Positions 1 through 10,615 are shown, counted from the first letter of the stretch. The stretch: DNA of 64,000 nucleotides from Candidatus Spongiisociaceae bacterium (GCA_965262915.1 OZ253564.1:4736001-4800000); one strand, 5' to 3'. Made by a program: numbers and translations. The notes: generated by a model from the sequence alone, not told the origin.

Positions 1-243
1 GGCGAACGCCCAACGGCTACCAAACCCAATCCCGCGCCGGACCCGACCCCCCAGGATGACCCCCCTGGTATGACCTCCCACCCCCTGCAAGGACACACCG
101 CCGTGCCCATGGCAAGAAGCCGCGAGAAGTCATCTCCCACGGCCGGCTGCCACTCAACGCCCACGATACCCTGCGACACGATCCCCGGACCCGGGCAGGG
201 CTTCGCTCCTCGTGCTCGGCGCGCCGCGACGTCCCCAGCACGG

Positions 244-380
244 GCGAATGATCGCGGCGATCACGGCCAGGGCAGTTGCCCACGGGTTGGCGGGCCGCAG
301 GATGGCCAGGAACATGGCGAACTTGGCGCACAACCCGGCCAAGGGTGGGATCCCGGCCACGGAGAAGAGAAGAAGATGGC
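244..380 (-). pseudogene. Diverged internal fragment of nuoN (homologous to 1851-1984)
   Basis: Translates AGIPPLAGLCAKFAMFLAILRPANPWATALAVIAAI versus AGIPPLAGWYAKFAMFLAILRPANPWTTALAVIAAI in nuoN; small indels at both ends. Confidence 0.9.
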
Positions 381-419
381 ACGGCCACTCGTCTCCGGGA
401 GTTCAACACGTGGGCCTGA

Positions 420-851
420 TCAATCGTCTGATCCGGAAAGGCCTCTAATAGGCATCTTCCTAATATCGCCTCGATAGACGGCAATCATGAATGGTCCGGG
501 TCGGCTACAAGCCCTAACGATGGCTGGGAGGTTCCGGAGAAACCTCCCAGCCATCTCGCTCGCAGGAAGATCCTGCCTGGCAAGGTAGAAGCAACGTACC
601 TTGTGTTCAATCAGGGCCTCGCGGTTTCTTGCCTGCAAGCGAATGCCCTCGTCCTTGGTGAAGGCGACCCAGTCGTTAGAGCCGACAAGTTCAAGCCATT
701 CCGTATCTGCAACGGCCTCGTCCGCTGGTGTTCCATAGTGTTCGACCATCGTTACCAGATCCAAGCCTGCCTCCCGTAGCCGTCTGGGCACCTGGAACGA
801 TCCGAGGCTGCGGTCGAGAAAGAGCCTAGGCAGCCCTTGGGGATGCGACAC
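420..851 (-). CDS. VapC45-like PIN-domain toxin
   Basis: LFLDRSLG, D.EWL and FTKD..IR motifs; overlaps the upstream DUF433 gene; GTG start chosen by eye. Confidence 0.8.
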   Translation of the reverse strand: MSHPQGLPRLFLDRSLGSFQVPRRLREAGLDLVTMVEHYGTPADEAVADTEWLELVGSNDWVAFTKDEGIRLQARNREALIEHKVRCFYLARQDLPASEMAGRFLRNLPAIVRACSRPGPFMIAVYRGDIRKMPIRGLSGSDD

Positions 852-1557
852 GGATCGCGTCCTCCACATGGGCTGTGGGCACACCGAACTCCACAGTCAG
901 CTCCTGCACCGTCTCCCCAGCCCAGTATCGATTCAGGACATCCTTTACCCGGCATCCTCCCCTTGCGAAAATAGGAGCACCGGATGAGCGGTAAGGATCG
1001 ACGATGATCTCAGCTTGCTCATATCCTGGTACTCGGATGAGTTTCACGTAGCCATCTCGGGCATATTCGAATCTCTGCAGGTACTCCTCAATCAGATCGG
1101 AGAACACGCACTGGTTGTTCCGTACAACAACGAGTTGTCGTGTTGCACGCGCAACTTGTGAATCGGGATGGCTCTCCGAGTAGTCAAAGAGCAATTCTGC
1201 ACCATCGCTATAGAGCCTCTTAGAAGCGAGAGCGTATTGAATGCCCAGTCCTCTTTGTAACTCCTCAAGGGCAGGTCGAATTCTTTGCATCGGAACCCCG
1301 CTCTTGCGTATGGCAGCCAAGACCATGGCTTCGGTTATCCCGACAAAGGGAATGGACCGGAGCTTGGCCCGAGGAGGGACCTTTATGCTCGTGATGATGG
1401 GTGCTCCGCGGGGTTGCGCGCCTTCTTGCGGCAGCGCTACCCGTCCGCGCGCCCACATGCGAAACGTTGAAGCGGGTACATCAACGATCCGGGCCGCCTC
1501 TGACATCGTGTACAGCGGATCTCTGAACCTGGATGGGTCAAGAGCGGTGATAAGCAC
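826..1557 (-). CDS. VapB45-like antitoxin (HTH + DUF433)
   Basis: PLYTMSEAARIVDVPASTF N-terminal HTH; C-terminal IIVDP..SSGAPIF...RV.DV DUF433; GGAGG RBS. Confidence 0.85.
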   Translation of the reverse strand: MLITALDPSRFRDPLYTMSEAARIVDVPASTFRMWARGRVALPQEGAQPRGAPIITSIKVPPRAKLRSIPFVGITEAMVLAAIRKSGVPMQRIRPALEELQRGLGIQYALASKRLYSDGAELLFDYSESHPDSQVARATRQLVVVRNNQCVFSDLIEEYLQRFEYARDGYVKLIRVPGYEQAEIIVDPYRSSGAPIFARGGCRVKDVLNRYWAGETVQELTVEFGVPTAHVEDAIRVASPRAA

Positions 1558-1627
1558 CTCCCTCCGTCGTGCCTATTCAAGCATCAAGGAGGAACTTTTC
1601 CTGGCAAGGCTCGCCGGAGGTGGATTG

Positions 1628-3127
1628 TCAGATGCCGGCGGTTACCACCTTGGCCACGTCGGCGAAGACACCAGCCAACTGGAAGGGTAGGACCCCGGCC
1701 ACGATAACGAACAGGGCGCATATGCCCAGCGCCAAGGCGAGAGAACCGCTGAGGGGACGGGCTCGTAGGGCGGTGTCGGGAATGTCTTCGGGTAGGGGAT
1801 CCATCCACATGGTCTTGCCAACCCGGGCGTAGTAGACGAGCGCGATGACCGCGTTGATGGCGGCTATCACCGCCAGAGCGGTGGTCCACGGGTTGGCGGG
1901 GCGCAGGATGGCGAGGAACATGGCGAACTTGGCGTACCAGCCGGCCAGGGGCGGGATCCCGGCCAGGGAAAAGAAGAACATGGCCCCGAGGGTGGCTATG
2001 CGGGGTGCGTAGCGCCACATACCCGCCCAGCCGTCGATCATGACGGTCCCGGTGCGGCGGGCGGCCGCGATCACCACCGCGAAGGCCCCCAGGTTCATGA
2101 AGGCGTAGATGATCACGTACACGATGGTGGCCGAAGCCGCCTCCTGGATCACCTCGGGATCGCTGGTGGCGGCCGCGGCAGCGAACGGCACCAGGATGAA
2201 GCCGCCCTGGGCGATCGAGGAGTAGGCCAGCATACGCACGATGTTGTCCTGGCGGAGGGCGGTGAGGTTGCCCAGCGTCATCGACAGGGCGGCCAGGACC
2301 CACAGGGCCGGTCCCCAGATCTCGGTCACCGTGGGGAACGCCTTGTAGCAGAGCAGCAACAACCCCACGAAACCGGCCGCCTTCGAACCCACCGACAGGT
2401 AGGCGGCGACCGGGGTGGGGGCGCCCTCGTAGGTGTCGGGCGCCCAGAAGTGGAACGGCACCGCGGTGATCTTGAAACCGAACCCGACCAGGGTGAAGAG
2501 CACGGCCAGTCGGAAAGCGCCGCTGTCCAGCAACCCTGCGCCGGCTGTGCGGATCCCTTCGAAGGTCACCGATCCGGTCAGGCCGTAGAGGAACGACATG
2601 CCGTACAGCAGGATGGCGGTGGAGAGCACTCCGAGGATGAAGAACTTGAGGGACGCCTCGTTGGATTTGGCGTCGCCCTTGCGCCATCCGGCCAGCAGGA
2701 ACAGCGGTCCGGTTACCAACTCGAGGCCTACGAAGATCGTGATCAGGTCACGGGACGACGCCATGATCAGCGAGCCGAGGATCGACGTCAGCAGCAGCAG
2801 GTAGTACTCGCCCTGGTAGTAGCGATCGCTCTCGATGTACGACACGGACATCAGCAGGACCAGGTAGCCGCCCACGATGAACACCGCTTTGAGCACCAGG
2901 GCGAAGCCGTCCACCACGTAGCCGCCGCCGAGCAGCGACCTTGATCCGGGACCGCCCCCGAAAGCGAGCGTGACCAGCGGGACGGCGGCCAGCGCCAGAC
3001 CCAGCACCCCGGCGAACGCAACCCAGTACTTGCGGGAGCGGGGCAGGGCCACGTCGAGGCCGAGCACCACCAGGATGGTGGCGGCTACGACGATCTCGGG
3101 CGCCAGCGCGTGGTAGTCGAGGTCCAC
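1628..3127 (-). CDS. nuoN: NADH-quinone oxidoreductase subunit N
   Basis: EASLKFF, FKITAVPFHFWAPDTYEGAP, RMLAYSSI, SLAGIPP motifs; last gene of the operon. Confidence 0.95.
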   Translation of the reverse strand: MDLDYHALAPEIVVAATILVVLGLDVALPRSRKYWVAFAGVLGLALAAVPLVTLAFGGGPGSRSLLGGGYVVDGFALVLKAVFIVGGYLVLLMSVSYIESDRYYQGEYYLLLLTSILGSLIMASSRDLITIFVGLELVTGPLFLLAGWRKGDAKSNEASLKFFILGVLSTAILLYGMSFLYGLTGSVTFEGIRTAGAGLLDSGAFRLAVLFTLVGFGFKITAVPFHFWAPDTYEGAPTPVAAYLSVGSKAAGFVGLLLLCYKAFPTVTEIWGPALWVLAALSMTLGNLTALRQDNIVRMLAYSSIAQGGFILVPFAAAAATSDPEVIQEAASATIVYVIIYAFMNLGAFAVVIAAARRTGTVMIDGWAGMWRYAPRIATLGAMFFFSLAGIPPLAGWYAKFAMFLAILRPANPWTTALAVIAAINAVIALVYYARVGKTMWMDPLPEDIPDTALRARPLSGSLALALGICALFVIVAGVLPFQLAGVFADVAKVVTAGI

Positions 3128-3131
3128 CGTG

Positions 3132-4715
3132 TCAGCCCCCGAAAGCGGTCTTCGCCAGGTTGACGACCGCATCGGTGGTGGCCCCCAGGATGATCCTCGG
3201 GTACACGCCGATGGCCACGATCGCCACGATCAGGGGCGCCCACGACAGCCACTCGTAACGGCCCACATCGGCGAACTGGTGACCGGACCACTCGTCCTTG
3301 GGCTCACCCAGGTTGACTCGCTGGAGCATCCAGAGCATGTATCCGGCGGTGAGGATGGTGCCGACAGCGCCGATCACCATGTAGGTCTGGAACTGGGACA
3401 CACTGAGGCCGGACAGGGGACGGTAGGCGCCCACCAGCGACATGAACTCGCCCCAGAAGCCTGCCAGACCGGGTAGTCCGAGCGAGGCCATGGCGGTGAA
3501 GGCGAGGATGCCACCCATCCAGGGCATCAGCTTCTGGTTACCGCCCAGGCGGGCGATCTCCCGGGTGTGGTAGCGATGTTGCAACGAGCCGGCCACGAAG
3601 AAGAGCAGCCCGGTGATCAACCCGTGGGCCACCATACCGATGATCGCGGCGTTGAACCCGATATCGGTCATCGTGGCGATCCCCAGCATCACGAAACCCA
3701 TGTGCCCCACCGACGAGAAGGCGATGAGCCGCTTCACGTCGGTCTGGGCCAGGCAGGCCAGCGAGCCGTAGATTATCCCTATCACCGCCAGCAAGCCGAT
3801 GAACGGCGCCCACTCCCGCGCCATCTCCGGCAGGATCGGGATCGAGATACGAAGGAAGGCGTAGGAGCCCAGCTTCAGCAGGATGGCCGCCAGCAGCACC
3901 GAACCAACGGTGGGGGCGGCGGTGTGGGCATCGGGCAGCCAGGTGTGGAAGGGCCACATCGGTACCTTCACCGCGAACCCCAGGAACATGGCCCCGAACA
4001 CCAGGAAGGCGAAGGTCCCGCTCCCGAAAGCGTTGTCGGCGCCTAGGGCGATCAGGGTAGGGATATCGAACGTGTTCTCGGGTAGGAAGTCGCCGGAACG
4101 AAAGTAGAGGGCCAGGAAGCCCAGCAGCATGAACGCCGACCCGAACAGGGTGAAGATGAAGAACTTGATGGCCGCGTAGAGCCGCATGGTCACGGTCCGG
4201 CCCAGCACCGGGATGCGCCGCTGCGAGCTGTCACCCCAGATTCCGATCATGAAGTACATGGGCAGCAGCACCAACTCGAAGAAGATGAAGAACAGCACCA
4301 GGTCGAGGGCCACGAACGTCCCGTTCATGCCGGTCTCCAGCAGCAGCATCAGCGCCAGGAAGCCCCGCACGTTGCGCGGCTCCTCCCAGTGGTCCCACGA
4401 GTAGACCACCGCCAGGAACGTCACCACCGCCGACAGCACCAGTAGCGGGAGGCTGATGCCGTCCACACCGATGTGGTAGTCGGCCCCGATGGCCGGGATC
4501 CAGCTCTCCTTGACCTCGAACTGGAACCGCTCCGCCGCCCCGTAATCGAAGGCGACCGCCGCTAACACGGCAAGTACGCCGGTGAGGGCGGTGACCAACA
4601 GGGCGGTCCACTTCTGGGCCGTCTCGTTTGCCTTCGGGAAGGCGAACAGCGCCAGCGCCCCTGCCACCGGCAGGAACACGATGAGGCTGAGCCCCGCGGA
4701 TTCGAACCAGGCCAT
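3132..4715 (-). CDS. nuoM: NADH-quinone oxidoreductase subunit M
   Basis: VKVPMWPFHTWLPDAH, KRLIAFSSVGHMG, GLPGLAGFWGEF. Confidence 0.95.
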   Translation of the reverse strand: MAWFESAGLSLIVFLPVAGALALFAFPKANETAQKWTALLVTALTGVLAVLAAVAFDYGAAERFQFEVKESWIPAIGADYHIGVDGISLPLLVLSAVVTFLAVVYSWDHWEEPRNVRGFLALMLLLETGMNGTFVALDLVLFFIFFELVLLPMYFMIGIWGDSSQRRIPVLGRTVTMRLYAAIKFFIFTLFGSAFMLLGFLALYFRSGDFLPENTFDIPTLIALGADNAFGSGTFAFLVFGAMFLGFAVKVPMWPFHTWLPDAHTAAPTVGSVLLAAILLKLGSYAFLRISIPILPEMAREWAPFIGLLAVIGIIYGSLACLAQTDVKRLIAFSSVGHMGFVMLGIATMTDIGFNAAIIGMVAHGLITGLLFFVAGSLQHRYHTREIARLGGNQKLMPWMGGILAFTAMASLGLPGLAGFWGEFMSLVGAYRPLSGLSVSQFQTYMVIGAVGTILTAGYMLWMLQRVNLGEPKDEWSGHQFADVGRYEWLSWAPLIVAIVAIGVYPRIILGATTDAVVNLAKTAFGG

Positions 4716-4749
4716 CTCGCTCTTCTCCTCTGTCTGCCTTCTGTTCTGT

Positions 4750-6813
4750 CTAGTTGACGATCACGAGTACAACCACCAGCACCAGCGCCCCCACGACGAA
4801 GCCACCCGCATACTGCTGGACCTTGCCGGTCTGGAGCAAACGGAGCCGTCCGCCCGCTCCCCTGGTACCTCCCGCCGCGGCGTTGAGCACCAGGTCGATG
4901 CCCTGCTGGTCCAACCGGCCGTACACCAGGTTGCCCAGCCAGGCGGTGACGAGTCCGGCCCCGTTGACCACCGCGTCGATCACGTAGCCGTTCACCCAGT
5001 CGACGCCTCGGGCGATGGGGCCCTTGATCGGGTCCACTACGCCTGCCATGTACAGGTGGTCGATGTAGTACTTCTGGCGTAGCAGCGGGTACAGCACCGG
5101 GATCTCCAGCCGGTCCCGCGCCGCCTGGGTCTCCGCCTCCGGCGCGAACAGCAGCCAGCCTAGGACGATCCCGGCCAAGGCGGCGCCCAGTCCGTAAGCG
5201 GCCAGGTCCCAGTCGATACTCGACGGGTGATGATCACCCATCGTCACGATCCGGGCCCCCACCCAGTCGGTGAAGTTCCGGAAGGGACCCCAGGAGACGC
5301 CGGGGATGTTCAGGAACCCGGCGATGACGCTGGGGATCGCCAGCGCCACCAGCGGGACGGTCATGACCCGCGGTGACTCGTGCGGGTGGCCGTGTCCCTT
5401 GTAGGTACCGAAGAAGGTGAGGGCCACCGCCCTCGTCATGTAGAAGGCGGTCACGAAGGCCCCGGCGATGGCCACCCACATGAACCCCATATACCCCTCG
5501 TTGCCCAGGGTGGCGAGGATCTCGTCCTTCGACCAGAACCCGGCGAGGGGGATCACCCCGGCCAGCGACACCGACCCGACCACGAAGGTCCAGAAGGTGA
5601 CCGGCATCTTGCGGCGCAGGCCGCCCATATCGCTCATGTTGTTGGAATGGACCGCGTGGATCACCGACCCCGCCCCGAGGAACAGCAGGGCCTTGAAGAA
5701 GGCGTGGGTGAAGAGGTGGAACAGCCCGGCCGTGTACCCCCCGGCCGCCATCGCAGCCATCATGTAACCGAGCTGGGAGACGGTCGAGTAGGCCAGCACC
5801 CGCTTGAGGTCGTCGGCCACCAGCGCCAGGAAGCCGAGAACGAACAGGGTGATGACCGCGATCGGCACCATCCACTGCCGGGCATCGGCCGCCATCTGCT
5901 GGTAGAGGGGGAAGGTCCTGGCCATCAGGTATATGCCGGCGGTGACCATGGTGGCGGCGTGCATGAGCGCCGAGACGGGAGTGGGGCCGGCCATGGCATC
6001 CGGGAGCCACACATGGAGGGGGAACTGGGCCGACTTGCCCATCGCCCCGAAGAACAGCAGCAGGGCGCCTGCCACCGCCACCCCCTCGAGGGTGTCGCTG
6101 TGAACGTCGGCCGACGTGTTGAGCGTCGAGAAACGGAAGCTGCCCAGCGCGGGGGCGAGGAGGATGGTCCCTAGGATCAGCCCCACATCCGCCACCTTGT
6201 TGGTCAGGAAGGCCTTGACGGCCGCGTCGCTGTTCTCCTTGTGCTCCCAGTAGTGGCCGATCAGGAGGTAGCTGGCCAGGCCCACCCCCTCCCAGCCGAT
6301 GATCAGCTGGATCAGGTTGGGCGCTCCCACCAGCACCAGCATCGAGCCGGCGAACAGCGACAGCGAGGCGAAGAACCACGGAACCCGGACGTCGCCCTTC
6401 ATGTAGCCCACCGCGTAGACGAACACCAGGAAGGCCACGAACGCCACCACCCAGTACATCATGATCGACAGCCCGTCCACCACGAAGCCCAGCTCGAACG
6501 AGAGCCGGTGGCCCGCGAACGTGCCCACCTCCGCGATGGTGAGGTTCACCTCCCGGTATATGTCGCCCACCATGTTCTGGACGAGGAGCACCGACGCCCA
6601 CACCAGGTTGACGCCCATCGCCCCCACCGCCAGCTCCGCCCCCTGCCCTTTCATGCGGTTCCCCAGCACGATGATCGCCAGGAAGGCCACGAACGGGAGC
6701 ACCAGCATGATCCAAGCCGTCCCGGCGAAGAAGCCTCCCGAGGAGAGTTCCATGGGTTCGTAGTCCAGTTCCTTGGCCAGGATCAGCGAGGCGGATGCGG
6801 CGAAGCTCACCAT
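4750..6813 (-). CDS. nuoL: NADH-quinone oxidoreductase subunit L
   Basis: GKSAQFPLHVWLPDAMAGPTPVSALMHAATMV, HAFFKALLFL. Confidence 0.95.
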   Translation of the reverse strand: MVSFAASASLILAKELDYEPMELSSGGFFAGTAWIMLVLPFVAFLAIIVLGNRMKGQGAELAVGAMGVNLVWASVLLVQNMVGDIYREVNLTIAEVGTFAGHRLSFELGFVVDGLSIMMYWVVAFVAFLVFVYAVGYMKGDVRVPWFFASLSLFAGSMLVLVGAPNLIQLIIGWEGVGLASYLLIGHYWEHKENSDAAVKAFLTNKVADVGLILGTILLAPALGSFRFSTLNTSADVHSDTLEGVAVAGALLLFFGAMGKSAQFPLHVWLPDAMAGPTPVSALMHAATMVTAGIYLMARTFPLYQQMAADARQWMVPIAVITLFVLGFLALVADDLKRVLAYSTVSQLGYMMAAMAAGGYTAGLFHLFTHAFFKALLFLGAGSVIHAVHSNNMSDMGGLRRKMPVTFWTFVVGSVSLAGVIPLAGFWSKDEILATLGNEGYMGFMWVAIAGAFVTAFYMTRAVALTFFGTYKGHGHPHESPRVMTVPLVALAIPSVIAGFLNIPGVSWGPFRNFTDWVGARIVTMGDHHPSSIDWDLAAYGLGAALAGIVLGWLLFAPEAETQAARDRLEIPVLYPLLRQKYYIDHLYMAGVVDPIKGPIARGVDWVNGYVIDAVVNGAGLVTAWLGNLVYGRLDQQGIDLVLNAAAGGTRGAGGRLRLLQTGKVQQYAGGFVVGALVLVVVLVIVN

Positions 6814-6820
6814 GGAATCC

Positions 6821-7126
6821 TCACCACCTCATCAGGTCCAGCTCGTCGATGTTGCCCGATGCCCGGTTGCGGAACACCATCAGGATGATGGCCAAGCCGA
6901 TCCCCACCTCGGCGGCGGCGATGGTGATCACGAAGATGGCAAAGATCTGGCCGTGGGCGGCGGCGGTGTTCCAGAAGGCCTCGAAGGCCACCAGGTTGAT
7001 GTTGACCGCTGCCAGCATCAACTCCACCGCCAGCAGGACGGTGACCGCGTTACGCCGGGACAGCAGCCCGTAGATCCCGATCGAGAACAGGATCGCCCCG
7101 AGAAACAGGAACTGGGTGAGGATCAT
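6821..7126 (-). CDS. nuoK: NADH-quinone oxidoreductase subunit K
   Basis: ELML and AAAEVGIGLAI; 101 aa, three TM segments. Confidence 0.95.
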   Translation of the reverse strand: MILTQFLFLGAILFSIGIYGLLSRRNAVTVLLAVELMLAAVNINLVAFEAFWNTAAAHGQIFAIFVITIAAAEVGIGLAIILMVFRNRASGNIDELDLMRW

Positions 7127-7142
7127 GGCGGTCCACCTACGG

Positions 7143-7709
7143 TCATACCCGTATCCCCTCCTCTTCCTCGGCCGGGGTGAGGTCCTTGCGGGCCAGGGTG
7201 ATACCCCCGATCAGGGCCGCCAGCAGGACGAACCCGACCGCTTCGAAGGGGATCAGGTAGCGGCGGATGAACCCCTCCCCGAGGATGCCGGTGGCGGTGG
7301 CGGTTCCGACCGCCGGGAGGGGCTCGGCGAAACGGTCCATCTGGTCGGAGACCGCCACGATCAACCACAGCGTCACGGCCAGGACTGCCAGCGAGGCCAG
7401 AGCCGCGGGCCAGCGGGTACTGTGGCTCAGGTCGGTCTCCCGCCCGATCGGCGCCCGGGTGATCATGATGCCGAAAAGGAAGAGCACCACCACCGCGCCG
7501 ATGTAGACCAGCACCAGCACCCAGGCCACGAACTCGGCGGACAGGAGGATGAACAGACCGGCGGAGGCCGCCAGGGTCAGCACCAGGAACAGGGCGGCGT
7601 GTACCACGTTGCGGCTGGTCACCACCCGGAGGGCGGCCACCACCATGGGCACCGCCATCGCCAGGAAGGCCCAGTTGACGGGCTCGGCCAGCCAGTCGGG
7701 AAAGGTCAT
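7143..7709 (-). CDS. nuoJ: NADH-quinone oxidoreductase subunit J
   Basis: AEFVA..LVLVYIGAVVVLFLFGIM, PFE motif. Confidence 0.95.
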   Translation of the reverse strand: MTFPDWLAEPVNWAFLAMAVPMVVAALRVVTSRNVVHAALFLVLTLAASAGLFILLSAEFVAWVLVLVYIGAVVVLFLFGIMITRAPIGRETDLSHSTRWPAALASLAVLAVTLWLIVAVSDQMDRFAEPLPAVGTATATGILGEGFIRRYLIPFEAVGFVLLAALIGGITLARKDLTPAEEEEGIRV

Positions 7710-7755
7710 CCGGGTCTGTCTCCCGGGAGCAGGACACGAATCACGGTCCAGCAGG

Positions 7756-8277
7756 TCACGACTGGGCCCCCAGACCCTCGGGTACGGTCGCCATCCAATC
7801 CTGCAACCGGTCCATGTCGTGCATCATCGGCCCCATGCCGTACTCCGAGTACTCGTACTCGGGCGTCCAGAACAATGCGTCGAAGGGGCATACCTCCACG
7901 CAGATACCGCAGTACATGCACAGCGCGTAGTCGATATCGAAGCGGTCGAGGGTGGCCCGCGCCCGGGAACGGCCGCCGGGTCGGGTGGGGGGCTTCATCT
8001 CCTTATGGCCCTCGATGTAGATGCACCAGTCGGGGCAGGAGCGGGCGCACAGCATGCACACCGTGCAGGCCTCCTGCTCGAGGGCAATCACGCCCCGTGC
8101 CCTGGGCACCGGGGTCTCCTTTATCTTCGGGTAGTTGACGGTGGACCGCAGCCCCACCCGGCCACCGCTCAGGTTGAAGGCCCAGGTCCGCAGCATGGTC
8201 GTGAACGTGACCCGCATCCCGGTCAGCATCCCTAGCTTGGGGACCTTGCGCAGATTGCGCAACCCGGACAGTTTCAT
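7756..8277 (-). CDS. nuoI: NADH-quinone oxidoreductase subunit I
   Basis: Two CxxCxxCxxxCP ferredoxin motifs. Confidence 0.95.
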   Translation of the reverse strand: MKLSGLRNLRKVPKLGMLTGMRVTFTTMLRTWAFNLSGGRVGLRSTVNYPKIKETPVPRARGVIALEQEACTVCMLCARSCPDWCIYIEGHKEMKPPTRPGGRSRARATLDRFDIDYALCMYCGICVEVCPFDALFWTPEYEYSEYGMGPMMHDMDRLQDWMATVPEGLGAQS

Positions 8278-9270
8278 CTAAACCACCACCTTCAGGATTG
8301 CCGTCACGATTATGTTGCCGATCGAGATCGGGATCAACCACTTCCAGGCCAGCGTCTGGAGCTGGTCCTCGCGGAGCCGGGGCAGGGTCCACCGGATCCA
8401 GATCATCAGGAACACCAGGATCCCGATTTTGGCGAACACGATGAGCGGCGACAGCAGGCTGTCGGTTGGGATCCCCCAGAAGCCGTAACCGCCCAGGAAG
8501 AGGGTCACCGCGATGGCCGACATGGTGAACATGTTGGTGAACTCGGCCAGGAAGAAGAACAGGAAGCGGAAGCCCGAGTACTCGGTGACGTAGCCCATCA
8601 CCAACTCCGACTCGGCGATGGGCATGTCGAAGGGCAGCCGGGTCAACTCCGCGAGCGTTGCGATCATGAAGATGGCCAGGCCCACGAACTGGGTGATGAG
8701 GAAGGGCCATCCCTGGGCCACCTGAGCCTGGACGATTCCCTGCATCGACATGGTGCCCGCCTGGATCACTACCCCCACCGTGGCCAGGACGAGGGGTAGC
8801 TCGTACGCGATCAACTGCCCAGCGGCCCGCAATCCTCCCATCATGGAGTACTTGTTGGCCGACGACCATCCCGCCATCAGCACCCCGATGGTGCTGATCG
8901 ACGATACGGCCAGGGCGTAGAAGATCCCCACTTCGAGGTCGCGGACTATGCCGTAGCGGGACGGGTGCAGGGGGATGACGACCAGCAGCGCCATCGTCCC
9001 CATCATGACCAGGGCCGGCGCCCACTTGAAGACCGGCCGGTCCGCCTCGGCGGGAACGATGTCCTCCTTCTGGATGAACTTGACCCCGTCGGCGATGAGC
9101 TGCGCCCACCCGTACCGGCCGCCGGCGAAGTAGGGCCCCACCCTGCTCTGCATATGGGCCGACAGCTTCATCTCGGCGTAGCCGATCACTATCCCGATGG
9201 CCGGCACCGCCGCCGCAACCACGGCCAGCTTGATGCCGAGGTCCAACCAGAAGACCAGCGCCAGCGTCAT
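8278..9270 (-). CDS. nuoH: NADH-quinone oxidoreductase subunit H
   Basis: ADGVKFIQKED, RLPFDMPIAESELV.GY.TEYSG; ATGA overlap with nuoD. Confidence 0.95.
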   Translation of the reverse strand: MTLALVFWLDLGIKLAVVAAAVPAIGIVIGYAEMKLSAHMQSRVGPYFAGGRYGWAQLIADGVKFIQKEDIVPAEADRPVFKWAPALVMMGTMALLVVIPLHPSRYGIVRDLEVGIFYALAVSSISTIGVLMAGWSSANKYSMMGGLRAAGQLIAYELPLVLATVGVVIQAGTMSMQGIVQAQVAQGWPFLITQFVGLAIFMIATLAELTRLPFDMPIAESELVMGYVTEYSGFRFLFFFLAEFTNMFTMSAIAVTLFLGGYGFWGIPTDSLLSPLIVFAKIGILVFLMIWIRWTLPRLREDQLQTLAWKWLIPISIGNIIVTAILKVVV

Positions 9271-10451
9271 CGGTCCACGTCTCCCAACACGAAGTCGAGC
9301 GAACCCATGATGGCGATGAAGTCCGGCACCAGGGCCTTCTCCAGTATCCAGGGGAGGATGGACAGGTTGGAGAACGATGCCGAGCGAATCTTGAGCCGGT
9401 AGGGGCCCAGGCCGCCAAGGGAGACCAGGTGGTAACCCATCTCCCCTTTGGGGTTCTCGGCGCGTACGTAGGTCTCTCCCGGAGGGACCTTGATAATGCG
9501 GGGGACCTTGGCCTGGAGGGGACCGGACGGGATCCCGTCGATGGCCTGGCGGATGATGCGGGCCGACTGGCGGATCTCCTGGAGGCGCACCCACCACCGG
9601 TCCCAGCAGTCACCGTTCTCCCCCACCGGGATGTCGAAGTCGAAACCGTCGTAGGGCAGGTAATCGGACACTTTCCGCAGGTCGAAGGGGCATCCCGATG
9701 CCCGCAGGTTGGGTCCCGACACACCGTAGGAGGCGCCCACCTCGACCGGCAGGACCCCCACCCCCTTGGTGCGGGCCAGGAACACCTCGTTACCGGCCAC
9801 CAGGCGCTCTAGCTCTTCGCACGTCGCCTCCACCTTGCCCATCGCATCGCGGGTCTCGGCCAGGAAACCGGCCGGGATGTCCATACCCGCCCGCTTGGTG
9901 ATGGGTCCGGCGGCATAGACCGGCCTGACGCCTCCGATCCGGTTGAAGTTGGGGTGGAAACGGCCCCCGGTGACCGATTCGAGCAGGTCGAGCACACGCT
10001 CCCGCTCCCGCAGGGCGAAGAACAGCGGGGTGGCGGCACCCAGCTCCAAGGGGTAGGAGGCCATGAAGACCAGATGGGACGATATACGGGCCATCTCGGT
10101 GAGCACCAGCCTGATCCACTGGGCGCGGGCCGGCGCCTCGACACCCATGAGGCGCTCCGCGGCCACGATGAAGGGCACCTCGTTGGCGAACCCCGACACC
10201 CAGTCGATCCGGTTGACGATGGTGGTGATCTGGGGATAGGTGCGGACCTCGGCGAGCTTCTCGTAGCCCCTGTGCATGTACCCGATCACCGGGCGCACGT
10301 TGGTGGCCCGCTCGCCGTCGATGGTGGCGATGAGGCGCAGCACCCCGTGGGTTGAAGGGTGCTGGGGACCGATGTTGAGGGTCATCCCCTCGGTCTCCAA
10401 CTCGACCGACACCGCTACCTCCGACAGGTGGTGGGTCAGGGCGCGGTCCAT
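9267..10451 (-). CDS. nuoD: NADH-quinone oxidoreductase subunit D
   Basis: NIGPQHPSTHGVLRL, GYMHRGYEK, C-terminal GDVDR. Confidence 0.95.
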   Translation of the reverse strand: MDRALTHHLSEVAVSVELETEGMTLNIGPQHPSTHGVLRLIATIDGERATNVRPVIGYMHRGYEKLAEVRTYPQITTIVNRIDWVSGFANEVPFIVAAERLMGVEAPARAQWIRLVLTEMARISSHLVFMASYPLELGAATPLFFALRERERVLDLLESVTGGRFHPNFNRIGGVRPVYAAGPITKRAGMDIPAGFLAETRDAMGKVEATCEELERLVAGNEVFLARTKGVGVLPVEVGASYGVSGPNLRASGCPFDLRKVSDYLPYDGFDFDIPVGENGDCWDRWWVRLQEIRQSARIIRQAIDGIPSGPLQAKVPRIIKVPPGETYVRAENPKGEMGYHLVSLGGLGPYRLKIRSASFSNLSILPWILEKALVPDFIAIMGSLDFVLGDVDR

Positions 10452-10615
10452 CAGTGGTCTGCCTGTGAAATGGCTTCGTGACATGCGCCGGCAGCGGCGT
10501 TTCTCGCAAGGCCCGCCGACGAAGGCGTACCCGCAGGGTACATCGAGGAGGCGGAACACCGCGAGGGACGTCGATGGCAAGCAGGGCACGGAAAGTTGTT
10601 TTGCAGGCAGACCAC

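Noticed and set aside
3-59. C-terminus of a DUF222/HNH gene (RTPNGYQTQSRAGPDPPG-stop)
   Set aside because: Plausible but only 18 codons at the window edge; cannot be supported.
244-380. DGR template repeat for nuoN
   Set aside because: Substitutions are mostly synonymous, not adenine-specific, and no reverse transcriptase is present.
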